Below, piece after piece: positions 19,594 to 29,624 of a DNA stretch of 64,000 nt; within the stretch, counting starts at the first letter, position 1; every line of letters begins with the position of its first letter. The stretch is from assembly GCA_964520295.1 (NCBI GenBank), contig CAZFMQ010000003.1, positions 1,060 through 65,059 on the forward strand, given 5' to 3'. The DNA comes from an uncultured Candidatus Saccharibacteria bacterium. GTDB lineage: Bacteria; Patescibacteriota; Minisyncoccia; Phycocordibacterales; EsbW-18. Under the pieces are notes generated by a model. It had not been told where the DNA came from and searched no databases. It worked only from the letters and a program-made list of their open reading frames with translations. Position numbers and translations under genes: made by a program.

Positions 19594-22053
19594 CTAGCGA
19601 ATAGAAAATTGAGAAGAAAGTATTTGTGTTCGTCCATCCTCTGTATATGCAGTAACAGTAAGAGTGTTTACTTCAGGAAGTGTGGTAAGGGTTTCAAGAG
19701 GAATAGAAATACGTCCAGTTCCTGTTTTATTTTTCAAGATGGTGTTATTGAGTTTTATTTCAGCATATTCAAAATCATCATCAAGGGCACGTATAGTGAA
19801 TGAAAGAGTGTCATCGTCATCATAACGACTTCTCAAACCACTTACTCTAATAATAGTAGATGTAGTTTTAATCTCATCTTCAACTTCACCATCAACTGTT
19901 TCTTTTAGAGGAATGGCGACTGTAATAGTGCCACCTGATGTGTGGCCGTTTGCAACAGCCCATACCTGCACAGGATATTCCCAATATTTATATTGAGGAT
20001 CACTATTTGGATTAGTGGGGGCAGACCCACGTACATCAGCACGAGATATCCAATGTAAAATATCATGTACGTTTTGTCGTACTGTTGTTGAAGTATTGTT
20101 TGTTCGCACAACTTCACCACCTTGCCAAATACCCGCAAGTACAGGTTTTGATACAGATTCTTGTGATGGATTAATGAAGTATTCAGTAGGGCGGTTAGGA
20201 AGTGTTGCATCCATAAAACGTCTCCACACAGGAGCAATTACAAAACCAGCAACCGACTTATCAATAGGAGTATTATCGTTGTTACCTGCCCACATACCAA
20301 CAGCTAGGTTTGGTGTGTAGCCCACAATCCATACGTCGCGATAATCATTGGTAGTACCTGTTTTTGCTGCTACGTCGCGATTAGCAAAATAGAGTGCGGA
20401 GTTTGCACCATATGATGGTGTTCGTGCAACGTTATCGGAGAGTACATCTGAAATTTGTCGTGCAACATTTTCATCAAGGACGCGTGTTTGAGTTGGTGTT
20501 GATTCCTCTAAAATAGTACCATCAGGTTTTTCAATACGTACAATAGGTGTTGCAGGATTACGTAAACCATCATTAGCGAACACACCATACGCAGAAGTAA
20601 TTTCCAAAAGTGTTACTTCACCACCACCAAGCACTAATGTGAGACCGTATCGCGCTGCATCAGCAAGTGTACTGATTCCCATATTACGTGCAGTGCGAAT
20701 AGAATCACTTATACCAGCAATATAAAGTGCTTTGACAGCAGGAATATTGATGGATTGTGCAAGAGCACTACGTAGAGTCATTGGACCACGAAACTGTCCA
20801 TCGTAGTTTTCAGGGTAGTAGCACGGTGATTGTGTTTTTTTGTCAGAGGGCTGACATGCAGTTGAAAATTGTGTAGGGAGATCAAAGACAACAGTCTCAG
20901 GCGTCAGTCCTTTCATGAACGCAGTTGCATACACAAATGGTTTGAATGAGGATCCCGGCTGTCGTTTTGCGGTGGCAATGTTTACCTGTCCATCAATTTC
21001 TTCATCAAAATAATCTCGAGAGCCCACCATTGCCAATATCTCGCCTGTTTTTGGGTCAACAGCAACTAACCCCATATTCTCGGCCTTGAATTTTTCTGCA
21101 TTTTCCATAGCACCCTCGTGCACAATATCTTCGGCCTTTTGTTGTATGTCGTAGTCAAGAGATGTAATAACTTTTAAACCAGCTGTCTCAAGAGTATCTG
21201 TACCATATTTTTGTTGTAAATACTCCCGCACGTAAAATACAAAATGGGGGGCTAAAATACCTTTTTCCGGTCTTTCGTTGAATGTAACAACTTCTGCTTG
21301 TGCTGTTTCCATTTCTTCTTTTGTAATGTAGTTGTTTTCATACATTTGTTCTAGCACAAGATTTTTACGTTCATCTAAACGATCGGTGTTATTTCCGTAC
21401 GGAGAATAAAACGTCGGTGCCTGCGGAATTGCAGCAATGTACGCTGCTTCTGCAAGGGTAACGTCAGATGCGTCTTTCCCGAAAAAAAGATGTGTTGCTT
21501 CCTGTACGCCATACATATTGCCACCGTATGGACTTTCGTTGAGGTAGAGTGCAAGAATTTCATCTTTTGAAAGAGTTTGTTCCAATTTTACCGCCAACAC
21601 CCACTCTTTTATTTTTCTTGAAATAAGCTTTTCTTTTGTGAGTAGTGCATTTTTTACAACCTGTTGTGTGATGGTAGAACCACCTTGTGAGTAACTAAAT
21701 GAAAGTAAGTTTGCAAAAACGGCGCGAATAAACGAGAGAGGGCGAATACCGTTGTGTTCATAAAAACGGGCATCTTCAATAGAGACCGTAGCGTCTTTGA
21801 TATATTGGGAAATATTTTCAAACGGAAGAACAGTACGGCGCACATCTTCATGGAGGTCATAGAGTAGTACTTCTCCTGTACGGTCATAGATTTTTGTTGA
21901 CTGTCGCACAACACGGTCTGCCATGATGTCAAAATCTGGCAAACGAAGTGACCCTGCCCATAAGAGGATACCTCCTGCAACAATGGCCATAACACCTGTG
22001 GCAAGCAGAGCGATGGTGTGATGTGGATGTGGATGTTTTCTTGATTTTTTCAT
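19594..22053 (-). CDS. Class A penicillin-binding protein (PBP1A-like transglycosylase/transpeptidase)
   Basis: EDARFYEH, GGSTITQQ, RKIKEW, SxxK (GSSFK), SxN (SIN), KTGT. Confidence 0.95.
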   Translation of the reverse strand: MKKSRKHPHPHHTIALLATGVMAIVAGGILLWAGSLRLPDFDIMADRVVRQSTKIYDRTGEVLLYDLHEDVRRTVLPFENISQYIKDATVSIEDARFYEHNGIRPLSFIRAVFANLLSFSYSQGGSTITQQVVKNALLTKEKLISRKIKEWVLAVKLEQTLSKDEILALYLNESPYGGNMYGVQEATHLFFGKDASDVTLAEAAYIAAIPQAPTFYSPYGNNTDRLDERKNLVLEQMYENNYITKEEMETAQAEVVTFNERPEKGILAPHFVFYVREYLQQKYGTDTLETAGLKVITSLDYDIQQKAEDIVHEGAMENAEKFKAENMGLVAVDPKTGEILAMVGSRDYFDEEIDGQVNIATAKRQPGSSFKPFVYATAFMKGLTPETVVFDLPTQFSTACQPSDKKTQSPCYYPENYDGQFRGPMTLRSALAQSINIPAVKALYIAGISDSIRTARNMGISTLADAARYGLTLVLGGGEVTLLEITSAYGVFANDGLRNPATPIVRIEKPDGTILEESTPTQTRVLDENVARQISDVLSDNVARTPSYGANSALYFANRDVAAKTGTTNDYRDVWIVGYTPNLAVGMWAGNNDNTPIDKSVAGFVIAPVWRRFMDATLPNRPTEYFINPSQESVSKPVLAGIWQGGEVVRTNNTSTTVRQNVHDILHWISRADVRGSAPTNPNSDPQYKYWEYPVQVWAVANGHTSGGTITVAIPLKETVDGEVEDEIKTTSTIIRVSGLRSRYDDDDTLSFTIRALDDDFEYAEIKLNNTILKNKTGTGRISIPLETLTTLPEVNTLTVTAYTEDGRTQILSSQFSIR

Positions 22054-22124
22054 AGTGATATATGCTTTTGAGTATAGCAAAATAGCACACCTAAAAACGG
22101 TGTCTATATGCTACACTGGCACGT

Positions 22125-23336
22125 ATGGTGAGTACAGAAAAAAAGAAATGGACGCAATCAGAGGCAGAGGAGTTGATATTGCGTGGCACACAGGAACTTA
22201 TTTCAAAGGAACACCTGCTTTCTCAAGTACACTCGGGCAAGAAATTACGTGTAAAGCTCGGTATCGATCCCACAGGTACACATTTGCATATTGGACACGC
22301 GGTGTTGTTGCTGAAACTGCGTGATTTTCAAGCGTTGGGACACACCGCGGTGTTGGTGATTGGTGATGCAACAGGACAGGTAGGTGACACATCAGATAAG
22401 GATTCAGAGCGACCACTACTTTCTAAAGAAGAAATCGCACGCAATGAAAAAACGTACCTCAAACAAATCGGTACACTTATCAATCTCAAAAAGGCAGAGG
22501 TACACCACAACTCAAAGTGGCTCAAAAAACTTTCATTTGAAGAATTGAGCACGCAGGCAGACCAGTTTTCTGTTGCCGACTTCATCGCGCGCGATAACAT
22601 TAAGCGCCGCCTCACTGCCGGATCGCGCGTTTCATTGCGAGAAGTGCTCTATCCACTGATGCAGGGATATGATTCCGTTGCGGTAAAGGCCGACATTGAA
22701 CTAGGAGGCACTGACCAGCGCTTCAACTTGCTTGCGGGACGTACGCTACAAGAACACTACAAACAAGCGCCACAGGATATTCTCATGATGCCGCTGTTGC
22801 TCGGTACTGATGGTAAAAAAATGAGCAAGACGTTGGGTAATACTATCAACGTGACGGACACACCAGAGGATATGTATGCAGGTGTCATGCGTATTGCAGA
22901 TGAACTTATTGCGCATTACTTTGAATTGTGTACGCGCGTGCCAAAATCCGAAGTGTCTACAGCACTAGCACTACCGCCACGTGAAGCAAAAATGCGTTTG
23001 GCACGCGAGATTGTAACGCTATACCACTCAGAAAAAGAAGCTGTCATAGCGGAAGAAGAGTTTGTGCGGGTAGTGTCTCACAAAGAACTGCCGACAGAGG
23101 TACAGGAAGCAAACGCAAATGAAGGCACAACACTAGAAGACATCCTTATTCGTGAAGGTATGGCGCCGTCTAAATCAGAAATACGACGCTTGGTTGAGGG
23201 TGGGGGACTAAAAAACGCGGAGACAGGAGAAAAGATACATGATGCCAAGATGGTCGTATCCAAACCAATCATCCTAAAAGTAGGAAAAAAGAAATTCCTA
23301 AAAATAATTCTACGTTTTAAGAAGAAAGGTGAATAA
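22125..23336 (+). CDS. tyrS: Tyrosine--tRNA ligase
   Basis: GIDPT..LHIGH, YPLMQGYD, GGTDQ, KMSKT, C-terminal S4-like domain. Confidence 0.96.
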   Translation: MVSTEKKKWTQSEAEELILRGTQELISKEHLLSQVHSGKKLRVKLGIDPTGTHLHIGHAVLLLKLRDFQALGHTAVLVIGDATGQVGDTSDKDSERPLLSKEEIARNEKTYLKQIGTLINLKKAEVHHNSKWLKKLSFEELSTQADQFSVADFIARDNIKRRLTAGSRVSLREVLYPLMQGYDSVAVKADIELGGTDQRFNLLAGRTLQEHYKQAPQDILMMPLLLGTDGKKMSKTLGNTINVTDTPEDMYAGVMRIADELIAHYFELCTRVPKSEVSTALALPPREAKMRLAREIVTLYHSEKEAVIAEEEFVRVVSHKELPTEVQEANANEGTTLEDILIREGMAPSKSEIRRLVEGGGLKNAETGEKIHDAKMVVSKPIILKVGKKKFLKIILRFKKKGE

Positions 23337-23338
23337 TA

Positions 23339-23365
23339 AAAAACGCCCCAATGTGGGGCGTTTTT
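23339..23365. terminator. Bidirectional intrinsic terminator
   Basis: aaaaacgcccca-atg-tggggcgttttt between convergent genes. Confidence 0.8.
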
Positions 23366-23368
23366 GTG

Positions 23369-23548
23369 TTAGCTGTAATCCTCGTCATCATCATCACCAT
23401 CTTCTTGTATGTCGTATTCTCCGTCTTCGCCTAGCTCGCTATCGTCGCCACCCTCCTCATCTCCTTCATCATCTAATGCGGGGTGTGCGCCAGGAAGCAA
23501 GTCCTCATCTTCTTCTAATACAAATGGTTCAAATATGTCGGCAACCAT
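23369..23548 (-). CDS. Very acidic 59-aa protein
   Basis: MVADIFEPFVLEEDEDLL...DDDDEDYS; has an upstream promoter-like TTGACG..TACAAC and a downstream terminator. Confidence 0.55.
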   Translation of the reverse strand: MVADIFEPFVLEEDEDLLPGAHPALDDEGDEEGGDDSELGEDGEYDIQEDGDDDDEDYS

Positions 23549-23676
23549 AGGTGTATAGTTATTGATTAAAAAATATGTTTGCACAAACGTCTAAAGGTGT
23601 GCAGAACGCACTCTGTTGTAACAAATACACCGAAACCGTCAAGGGTGTGCAAGGTACTTCTGTGGACAAACCACTA

Positions 23677-24147
23677 TTATGGCCAACTGACAAGACAGGT
23701 GAGGGCCACGGCAATCGCATCATATTCATCGTCCAACATTTTTTTCTTAGGAATGGTCAGTAGGCGGTTGAGCATAGAGGCGACATCGTCTTTGCTCCCA
23801 CGACCATTGCCGGCGACGGCAACTTTTACCTCTTGTGGCGCAAACTGGCGTACCGGAAGTCCTGTATCACCTGCAACCACCAAGAGGGCACCGCGTGTTT
23901 CGGCAACATGCATCGCGGTTTTCTGGTTTTTACTGAAAAAAAGTGTTTCCAGTGCTATACACTCAGGCGCATGTGTGTGCACCAATTGTCGCACGTACTG
24001 CACCACTTCATGCAAACGCACCTCAAAAGTATCGTGCTGATCTGTTTCAAAACAACCAGAAAAGAGTAGTGTCTGCTGTTGGCGATTACCTTCCAGTATT
24101 GCTACACCAAGTCGTCCATATCCAGGATCTAAACCAAGTACACGCAT
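23677..24147 (-). CDS. ruvC: Holliday junction resolvase RuvC
   Basis: LGLDPG, IALETLFFSKN, DDEYDAIAVA. Confidence 0.95.
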   Translation of the reverse strand: MRVLGLDPGYGRLGVAILEGNRQQQTLLFSGCFETDQHDTFEVRLHEVVQYVRQLVHTHAPECIALETLFFSKNQKTAMHVAETRGALLVVAGDTGLPVRQFAPQEVKVAVAGNGRGSKDDVASMLNRLLTIPKKKMLDDEYDAIAVALTCLVSWP

Positions 24148-24149
24148 AC

Positions 24150-24674
24150 CTATACTGCGTTAGTGTATACACTCTGTATATCTTCGTGTTCTTCAAGTAG
24201 CGAGAGCAGGTCTGATAGTTTCTCTCCGTCGTCGCTGCTCAATGGTACCGTTGTGGTCGCCACCCACTCTCCATCGGGTGATTTTGTAAAAGCCCATGTT
24301 GCAGAACCCGGAGCAGCGAGTGCGTAGCCATTTTTTGAGAGTAAGTGTTTGATTTCTTGCGACGTTCTGTTTCGCGAGTCCGTCAATCCTTCAATAATCA
24401 ATGCACAACCACCTGGTCCGTATGCTTCGTATGTTACTTTTTCATCTGCAGTTGTTTCTGCAGAGGAGATGGCGCGCTCAATGTTTTCTTTCGGCATGTT
24501 AGCGGCACGCGCTTTTTCAATGGCGGCTTTTAGTGTCGGTGCATTGAGATCACCGTGCATTATTTTTGCCTCCGTCTTGATAAGTTTGACGAGCTTGGTG
24601 AACAGCGCACTCCGTTTTGCATCCGCGGCACCTTTTTTCTCCTTTATTTGTGACCATTTATTGTGTCCCGACAT
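24150..24674 (-). CDS. yebC: YebC/PmpR family protein (short form)
   Basis: MSGHNKWSQIK, YEAYGPGG, TDSRNRT; adjacent to ruvC. Confidence 0.93.
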   Translation of the reverse strand: MSGHNKWSQIKEKKGAADAKRSALFTKLVKLIKTEAKIMHGDLNAPTLKAAIEKARAANMPKENIERAISSAETTADEKVTYEAYGPGGCALIIEGLTDSRNRTSQEIKHLLSKNGYALAAPGSATWAFTKSPDGEWVATTTVPLSSDDGEKLSDLLSLLEEHEDIQSVYTNAV

Positions 24675-24697
24675 GTCTTTGTAGTATACCAAAGCCC

Positions 24698-24724
24698 AAA
24701 AACCACCGTGGGGTGGTGGTTTTT
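24698..24724 (-). terminator. Intrinsic terminator after ruvB
   Basis: aaaaaccacc..ggtggttttt hairpin. Confidence 0.65.
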
Positions 24725-24731
24725 GATAGTA

Positions 24732-25730
24732 CTAAAATAATTCATTCGTCTCCTGTCCGTTGATGTGCGCTCGTCCGCGCTGTGTGATGGTGCGACCGCG
24801 AGGCGTGCGTTCAATGAATCCTAATTGCATGAGATAGGGTTCGTACACTTCTTCAATGGTGGCGCTTTCTTCTGAAAGCGCTGCAGCAAGCGTGGAGAGA
24901 CCAACAGGACCTCCACCAAATGTATCGGCGATAGTGGCAAGTAGCTTTGTGTCGGTTGGTGTGAGTCCGCGTTCATCAATGCCGAGCAACGTCAGTGCTT
25001 TGAGTGCAACAGGGAGCGTAACATCGTGTTCGTGCACCTGCGCGTAATCACGCACGCGTTTCAAAAGATAGTTTGCGGTGCGGGGTGTTGCACGGCTTCG
25101 TTTTGCAATTTCATACAGCGCATCATCATCAGCAGACACACCGAGTAATGCCGCTGAACGTTTGAGTATGCCGAAAATTTCATCTTCAGAATAAAACTCC
25201 AAACGGAATGTACCACCAGAAAAACGAGAGCGCAGTGGTGATGAGAGCATTGCCATGCGTGTGGTAGCGGCGACAAGAGTGAAAGGAGGCAGTTCTAATT
25301 GCACGGTGCGTGCAGACGGTCCTTTACCGATGATGATGTCTAAACGCCCCGACTCCATAGCAGGGTAGAGCACCTCTTCAATGGCATGATTGAGACGATG
25401 AATCTCATCAATAAATAAAATGTCGCCGTGACTAAGGTTGGTAAGTATTGAAGCAAGATCACCAACACGTTCAATGGCAGGTCCCGATGTAATTTTGATA
25501 GCGCCACCAAGTTCTCGTGCAATGAGATGCGCAAGTGTTGTTTTTCCAAGACCTGCAGGGCCGTAAAAAAGAATGTGTTCAGGTGCGTGACCGCGCTGTT
25601 GTGCGGCTGCAAGGAGAATTCGGAGATTTTCTTTCGTTTGTGGTTGTCCCACATACTCATCCCAGAGGGCAGGGCGCAAAGAAGCATCCAAAAATGCATC
25701 AGAGGACTCGTGTTGGGGGGTACTTGACAT
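24732..25730 (-). CDS. ruvB: Holliday junction helicase RuvB
   Basis: [39 protein letters not shown]. Confidence 0.97.
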   Translation of the reverse strand: MSSTPQHESSDAFLDASLRPALWDEYVGQPQTKENLRILLAAAQQRGHAPEHILFYGPAGLGKTTLAHLIARELGGAIKITSGPAIERVGDLASILTNLSHGDILFIDEIHRLNHAIEEVLYPAMESGRLDIIIGKGPSARTVQLELPPFTLVAATTRMAMLSSPLRSRFSGGTFRLEFYSEDEIFGILKRSAALLGVSADDDALYEIAKRSRATPRTANYLLKRVRDYAQVHEHDVTLPVALKALTLLGIDERGLTPTDTKLLATIADTFGGGPVGLSTLAAALSEESATIEEVYEPYLMQLGFIERTPRGRTITQRGRAHINGQETNELF

Positions 25731-25770
25731 ATTCAAATGGTCGTGCTAGGATATGTACGCTCTTTGAGAA
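25724..25770 (+). promoter_or_regulatory. Sigma70-type promoter followed by a boxA-like element
   Basis: TTGACA(25724)-17 bp-TAGGAT(25747) with TG extension, then cgctctttgagaa. Confidence 0.6.
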
Positions 25771-25819
25771 TATCGCACACACACAGGCAGAGGCGCAAAA
25801 GCACCCCCGCCTGATTTAT

Positions 25820-26016
25820 TTTTGGAAAAATAGAAACACACGGAGGCGAGAGGCCTCTAAGTAAGCGTCGTGGTCCTCACGCATAAGGTAGGTGAGGACC
25901 TATTGGTTGTCCCGATTATGTCGAGGCAACGAACAGTATCCTTAACAAACCTCATGGACTTACTTAGAGACCTCTCTTCTTTTGCAACTATTCCCAATTT
26001 TACGGTTTTTTCAGAA
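25820..26016 (+). ncRNA. Structured non-coding RNA, 6S RNA-like candidate
   Basis: Closing stem 25820-25831/26005-26016, unpaired bubble, long inner stem 25848-25865/25959-25976, two apical hairpins; promoter upstream and terminator downstream. Confidence 0.5.
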
Positions 26017-26020
26017 CTTT

Positions 26021-26054
26021 GAAACCCCCGCTTCACACTGGAGCGGGGGTTTTG
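26021..26054. terminator. Bidirectional intrinsic terminator
   Basis: aaacccccgctt-cacact-ggagcgggggtttt. Confidence 0.8.
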
Positions 26055-26074
26055 TGTTCTGGCAAATGTGTGTT

Positions 26075-27043
26075 CTAGAGTATACGAGTACGCAAACCAG
26101 CGTTGATAATACCATCAAGCATTTTTGGAAAACTAATACCGGCAGCGTGTGCCGCTTGTGGTAATAAGCTCGTTTCCGTCATTCCGGGAATAGTATTTGT
26201 TTCAAGAATGTAAAATGTTGATCCTTTTAGAATAAAATCAGAGCGCGACATACCACTGCAACCGAGTGCGCTATGTGCGATTTGTGCCAAGTTCTGAATT
26301 TTTTTCGTTAATACTTTTGAAAGTTTTGCGGGAGTAATTTCAACAGTACGGCCAGGTATATATTTCGCCGTATAATCAAAAAAATGAGACGATTGTGGAA
26401 TAATTTCGGTTGGCGGAAGAGCAAAAGGAGCGCCTTTAGCATCTTCCAATACGCCACAAGTGATCTCACGTCCTGTGATACGTGTTTGCACAAGCACACG
26501 ATCACTTTCTTTAAAGGCGTGAGTAAGCGAGGCACGTAACTCCGCAGTATTTTTTGCAACAGAAATACCAATACTTGAACCACCACATACTGGTTTTACG
26601 ACGACGGGGAATGTGCTGACGGTAGGGAATTGATTTTTGGTTACCACTGTATATGTTGGGACGGGAATACCATGATGTTCATATACATAATTAGACAGCA
26701 CCTTGTCCATTGCTGTTGCAGAAGCCACAACGCCCGATCCTGTGTAGGGAATGTTAAGTAGTGTAAGGAGTGCTTGAATGCGGCCATCTTCTCCGAATGC
26801 TCCATGCATCGCAATGAACACGATATCAGGTCGCATCTTCAGTAATCGCTGCATTGCAGCAACCAACGAAATTGGTCGTGTACGCGCACTAAAACGCCAC
26901 GTGCCATTTTTTTCTACACACACCAAAGATGCGCTATATTTTTTCTTATCTAAATACTCAAAGATTTTTCCACCTGTTTTTAAAGAGACCGCATGCTCTG
27001 ATGAGGGACCACCTACGAGAACAATTACCTTTTTCTTTTTCAT
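26075..27043 (-). CDS. ddl: D-alanine--D-alanine ligase
   Basis: GGPSSEHAVSL, HGAFGEDG, GSSIG, FDYTAKY, ETNTIPGMT. Confidence 0.95.
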   Translation of the reverse strand: MKKKKVIVLVGGPSSEHAVSLKTGGKIFEYLDKKKYSASLVCVEKNGTWRFSARTRPISLVAAMQRLLKMRPDIVFIAMHGAFGEDGRIQALLTLLNIPYTGSGVVASATAMDKVLSNYVYEHHGIPVPTYTVVTKNQFPTVSTFPVVVKPVCGGSSIGISVAKNTAELRASLTHAFKESDRVLVQTRITGREITCGVLEDAKGAPFALPPTEIIPQSSHFFDYTAKYIPGRTVEITPAKLSKVLTKKIQNLAQIAHSALGCSGMSRSDFILKGSTFYILETNTIPGMTETSLLPQAAHAAGISFPKMLDGIINAGLRTRIL

Positions 27044-27055
27044 GTCCTAATTATT

Positions 27056-27802
27056 TTATGAGATTATGCGCGACTCTCTTTTTGACTCTAGGTTTTTCTC
27101 CATATTGGTAATAAATAAACGAATATCATCTAATCTTTGAAGTGTAGAGCCAACTAAATTTTGAGTAATTGTTTTCAACTCTTCTTTTGGGATAGATGAC
27201 TCAATTGGAAAATAGGGGAGTAGTAGCCAATGAATATTATAATCTTTACCGCGTGATTCATCTGCGTATCCAGTACCACGTAAATGGTAGGGTACACCAG
27301 ATTCCTTAACTGGCGGGAAGACTTCAAAGTTTTCTTCGGCCCCAGCATTCTTGATTAAGAAATTTATATCAAAATCAGATAAAAATTGTCCAGATTTTCT
27401 CGGTCCGACTATGGACGAACCAGTAAGGGCAATAAGTTGTATTTTCTCCTTTACTTCAGATGGAATACTGAGAAGAAGTTCAGGTAAATCTTTTTTAACC
27501 ATTTTTATAATTTCTGAAAATCGTTCTTTGCGTTCACCGCCCCTTAAAAAACTTTCTTGAAACATTTCCCAATCATCATCCTGTTGCTCTTTTGTGAAGG
27601 CAGGATACCGAGTAAATTTACCCACCCGCTGTTTATTTTCAAAATCATTTTTTCTGGCGTGTAAAAAATGTCGCCTTGCTTTATAAAAATCATATTCTAA
27701 TCGTCTAATTTCAGGCGGGACTGTTTCCAGCCATGTGCGTAAACGCTTAGCATCTAATTCATCAGGGTACGATTCAGTGTTTTTTGGTAGTTCAAAATGC
27801 AT
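27056..27802 (-). CDS. AT-rich hypothetical protein with a pol-beta-type nucleotidyltransferase-like motif
   Basis: LIALTGSS...SDFDINF (hG[GS]x9-13DxD); visibly lower GC than pilB upstream. Confidence 0.55.
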   Translation of the reverse strand: MHFELPKNTESYPDELDAKRLRTWLETVPPEIRRLEYDFYKARRHFLHARKNDFENKQRVGKFTRYPAFTKEQQDDDWEMFQESFLRGGERKERFSEIIKMVKKDLPELLLSIPSEVKEKIQLIALTGSSIVGPRKSGQFLSDFDINFLIKNAGAEENFEVFPPVKESGVPYHLRGTGYADESRGKDYNIHWLLLPYFPIESSIPKEELKTITQNLVGSTLQRLDDIRLFITNMEKNLESKRESRIIS

Positions 27803-27810
27803 GATTTAAA

Positions 27811-29505
27811 TTAGAGTTCGCTGAGATCAACCACGCGAGAGACCTCTTCAATGGTCGTTTTGCCTTGCAACACTTTTATCACCGCATCTTGTGAGAGAGT
27901 AAGAATACCCTGTGGAAGCGCCGCTTTCTTGATGTCGCGTTCTGACGGTGCTGTTTCTACAACGTGCTCCATTGCAGAGTCCATAATAATGCCTTCGTGA
28001 ATACCAATACGTCCTTTGTAGCCAATATGATTACATGCATCACAACCACCTTCTTTTGCATGCCACACTTTTTCTTTTTGCACATTCGCAATGCTGTTTT
28101 TATCAAACACAGTTTCCAGCACACGTTCAATAATGGTGCGCTCTTCTCCTTCCAGCACCACCTCCTGCTTGCACTCTTGGCAGAGTGTACGTACGAGGCG
28201 TTGTGCGAGCGCCAGTGCGAGCGCAGAGCCGAGAATGCGCGGATTAATGCCGATATCAATGAGGCGCGTAAATGCTCCTGATGCAGAGTTGGTGTGCAGG
28301 GTGGAGAATACCAAGTGTCCTGTGAGTGCGGCGTGCACGGCAATCTCGGCGGTTTCTTTGTCACGAATTTCACCCACCATAATGATGTCAGGGTCTTGAC
28401 GGAGCGATGCGCGCAATCCTGATGCAAACGTATAATTTTTTTCAGAATCCACCTGTGTTTGCACAATACCCTTGAGGTGATATTCAACAGGGTCTTCAAT
28501 GGTGATGATTTTCACATCAGGTGTGTGCACTGATCTCAAGAATGCGTACAGTGTCGTTGTTTTACCCGAACCAGTTGGACCAGTGGTGAGAATCATACCC
28601 GTTGGTTTGCCAATGGCACGTTGCACGACAGTAAAGAGGCCCTCATTCATACCAAGCGATGTGATATCTACCTGGATGGATGCGGGGTTGAGAATACGCA
28701 TTACGATTGATTCACCATAGTTGCCCGGTAGGATAGAGGTACGGATTTCAATATCTGCCTCTTTAAAGTGGATAGAGAAGCGTCCATCCTGTGCTTCATT
28801 GGCAACGTTGAGTTTGAGACCTGAGAGCAGTTTGATGCGCGAGAGCACCAAACGGTACGTATCTGCTTTCAGATGCGCCACATCCTGAAGCACACCGTCT
28901 AAACGCATGCGTACGCGCACATCGGTTTCTTCTGGTTCAATGTGGATGTCGGATGATTTTGTTGCCAGACCACATCCCAACATAACTTCCACAATACGTG
29001 ATGTTTGTCGTGCACGATTCAAAGAAAGTGTATCTTCAATTGCTTTTTGCACATCTTCCAGCGTGCGGACATTTTCTACGAGGGCGGATATGTCCTCGCT
29101 TCCTGCGTCAAGCAAACCTTTTGTGCTACCACTTGTGTATGACAGGTCAGTGTAACGCTCCCACGCAAACTCCAAACTTTTGGTGGATGCAAGGTGCAGT
29201 ATAGGGTCAAATCCAGCCTCACTCATTTTTTTCAATGCTGCGCGTGTCTCATCTCTCTCAGGAGCGTGCACGGCGACAAGTACCTTTTTGTTTTGTCTAC
29301 CGAATGCGGCAAGCTTACCTGCGCGCGCGTCCTCCTCTTTTATGGTGATGAGTGCGTCAGGTGCAATTGCGGTGATAGTGAGATCAACGTAGGGAATGCC
29401 ATACTTGTTGGAAAGCATTTGCATGGACTCCTCCTCTTCTTGTTCACGGAGTTGTTTATATTTTAGGAGCTGTTTTTCCTCGCGCTCTGCATCAAAGTGA
29501 ATCAT
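27811..29505 (-). CDS. PilB/GspE-family assembly ATPase (with tetra-Cys Zn motif)
   Basis: SDIHIEP, GPTGSGKTTT, EDPVE, RQDPD, GHLVFSTLHTN, CQEC..CDAC. Confidence 0.93.
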   Translation of the reverse strand: MIHFDAEREEKQLLKYKQLREQEEEESMQMLSNKYGIPYVDLTITAIAPDALITIKEEDARAGKLAAFGRQNKKVLVAVHAPERDETRAALKKMSEAGFDPILHLASTKSLEFAWERYTDLSYTSGSTKGLLDAGSEDISALVENVRTLEDVQKAIEDTLSLNRARQTSRIVEVMLGCGLATKSSDIHIEPEETDVRVRMRLDGVLQDVAHLKADTYRLVLSRIKLLSGLKLNVANEAQDGRFSIHFKEADIEIRTSILPGNYGESIVMRILNPASIQVDITSLGMNEGLFTVVQRAIGKPTGMILTTGPTGSGKTTTLYAFLRSVHTPDVKIITIEDPVEYHLKGIVQTQVDSEKNYTFASGLRASLRQDPDIIMVGEIRDKETAEIAVHAALTGHLVFSTLHTNSASGAFTRLIDIGINPRILGSALALALAQRLVRTLCQECKQEVVLEGEERTIIERVLETVFDKNSIANVQKEKVWHAKEGGCDACNHIGYKGRIGIHEGIIMDSAMEHVVETAPSERDIKKAALPQGILTLSQDAVIKVLQGKTTIEEVSRVVDLSEL

Positions 29506-29624
29506 ATCTGTAGTGTAGCGTGTCGGAAATGGGAAATACAGCGACGTATGTGGGCAAAAAGGGTGTAGGGGCGCCGTGGCGACGTGTCGCCGCGGCGCCT
29601 TCAGTACGGTGGTACAATGATGCT

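Noticed and set aside
25918-26022. 34-codon ORF (MSRQRTVSL...) inside the structured RNA
   Set aside because: No adjacent SD or -10, no recognisable motif, and it lies within long base-paired stems; not fully excluded.
29571-29598. GC hairpin gcgccgtggcgac/gtcgccgcggcgc between pilB and tsaE, and short dyads at about 37659-37701
   Set aside because: Single short palindromes with no further support; no function assignable.
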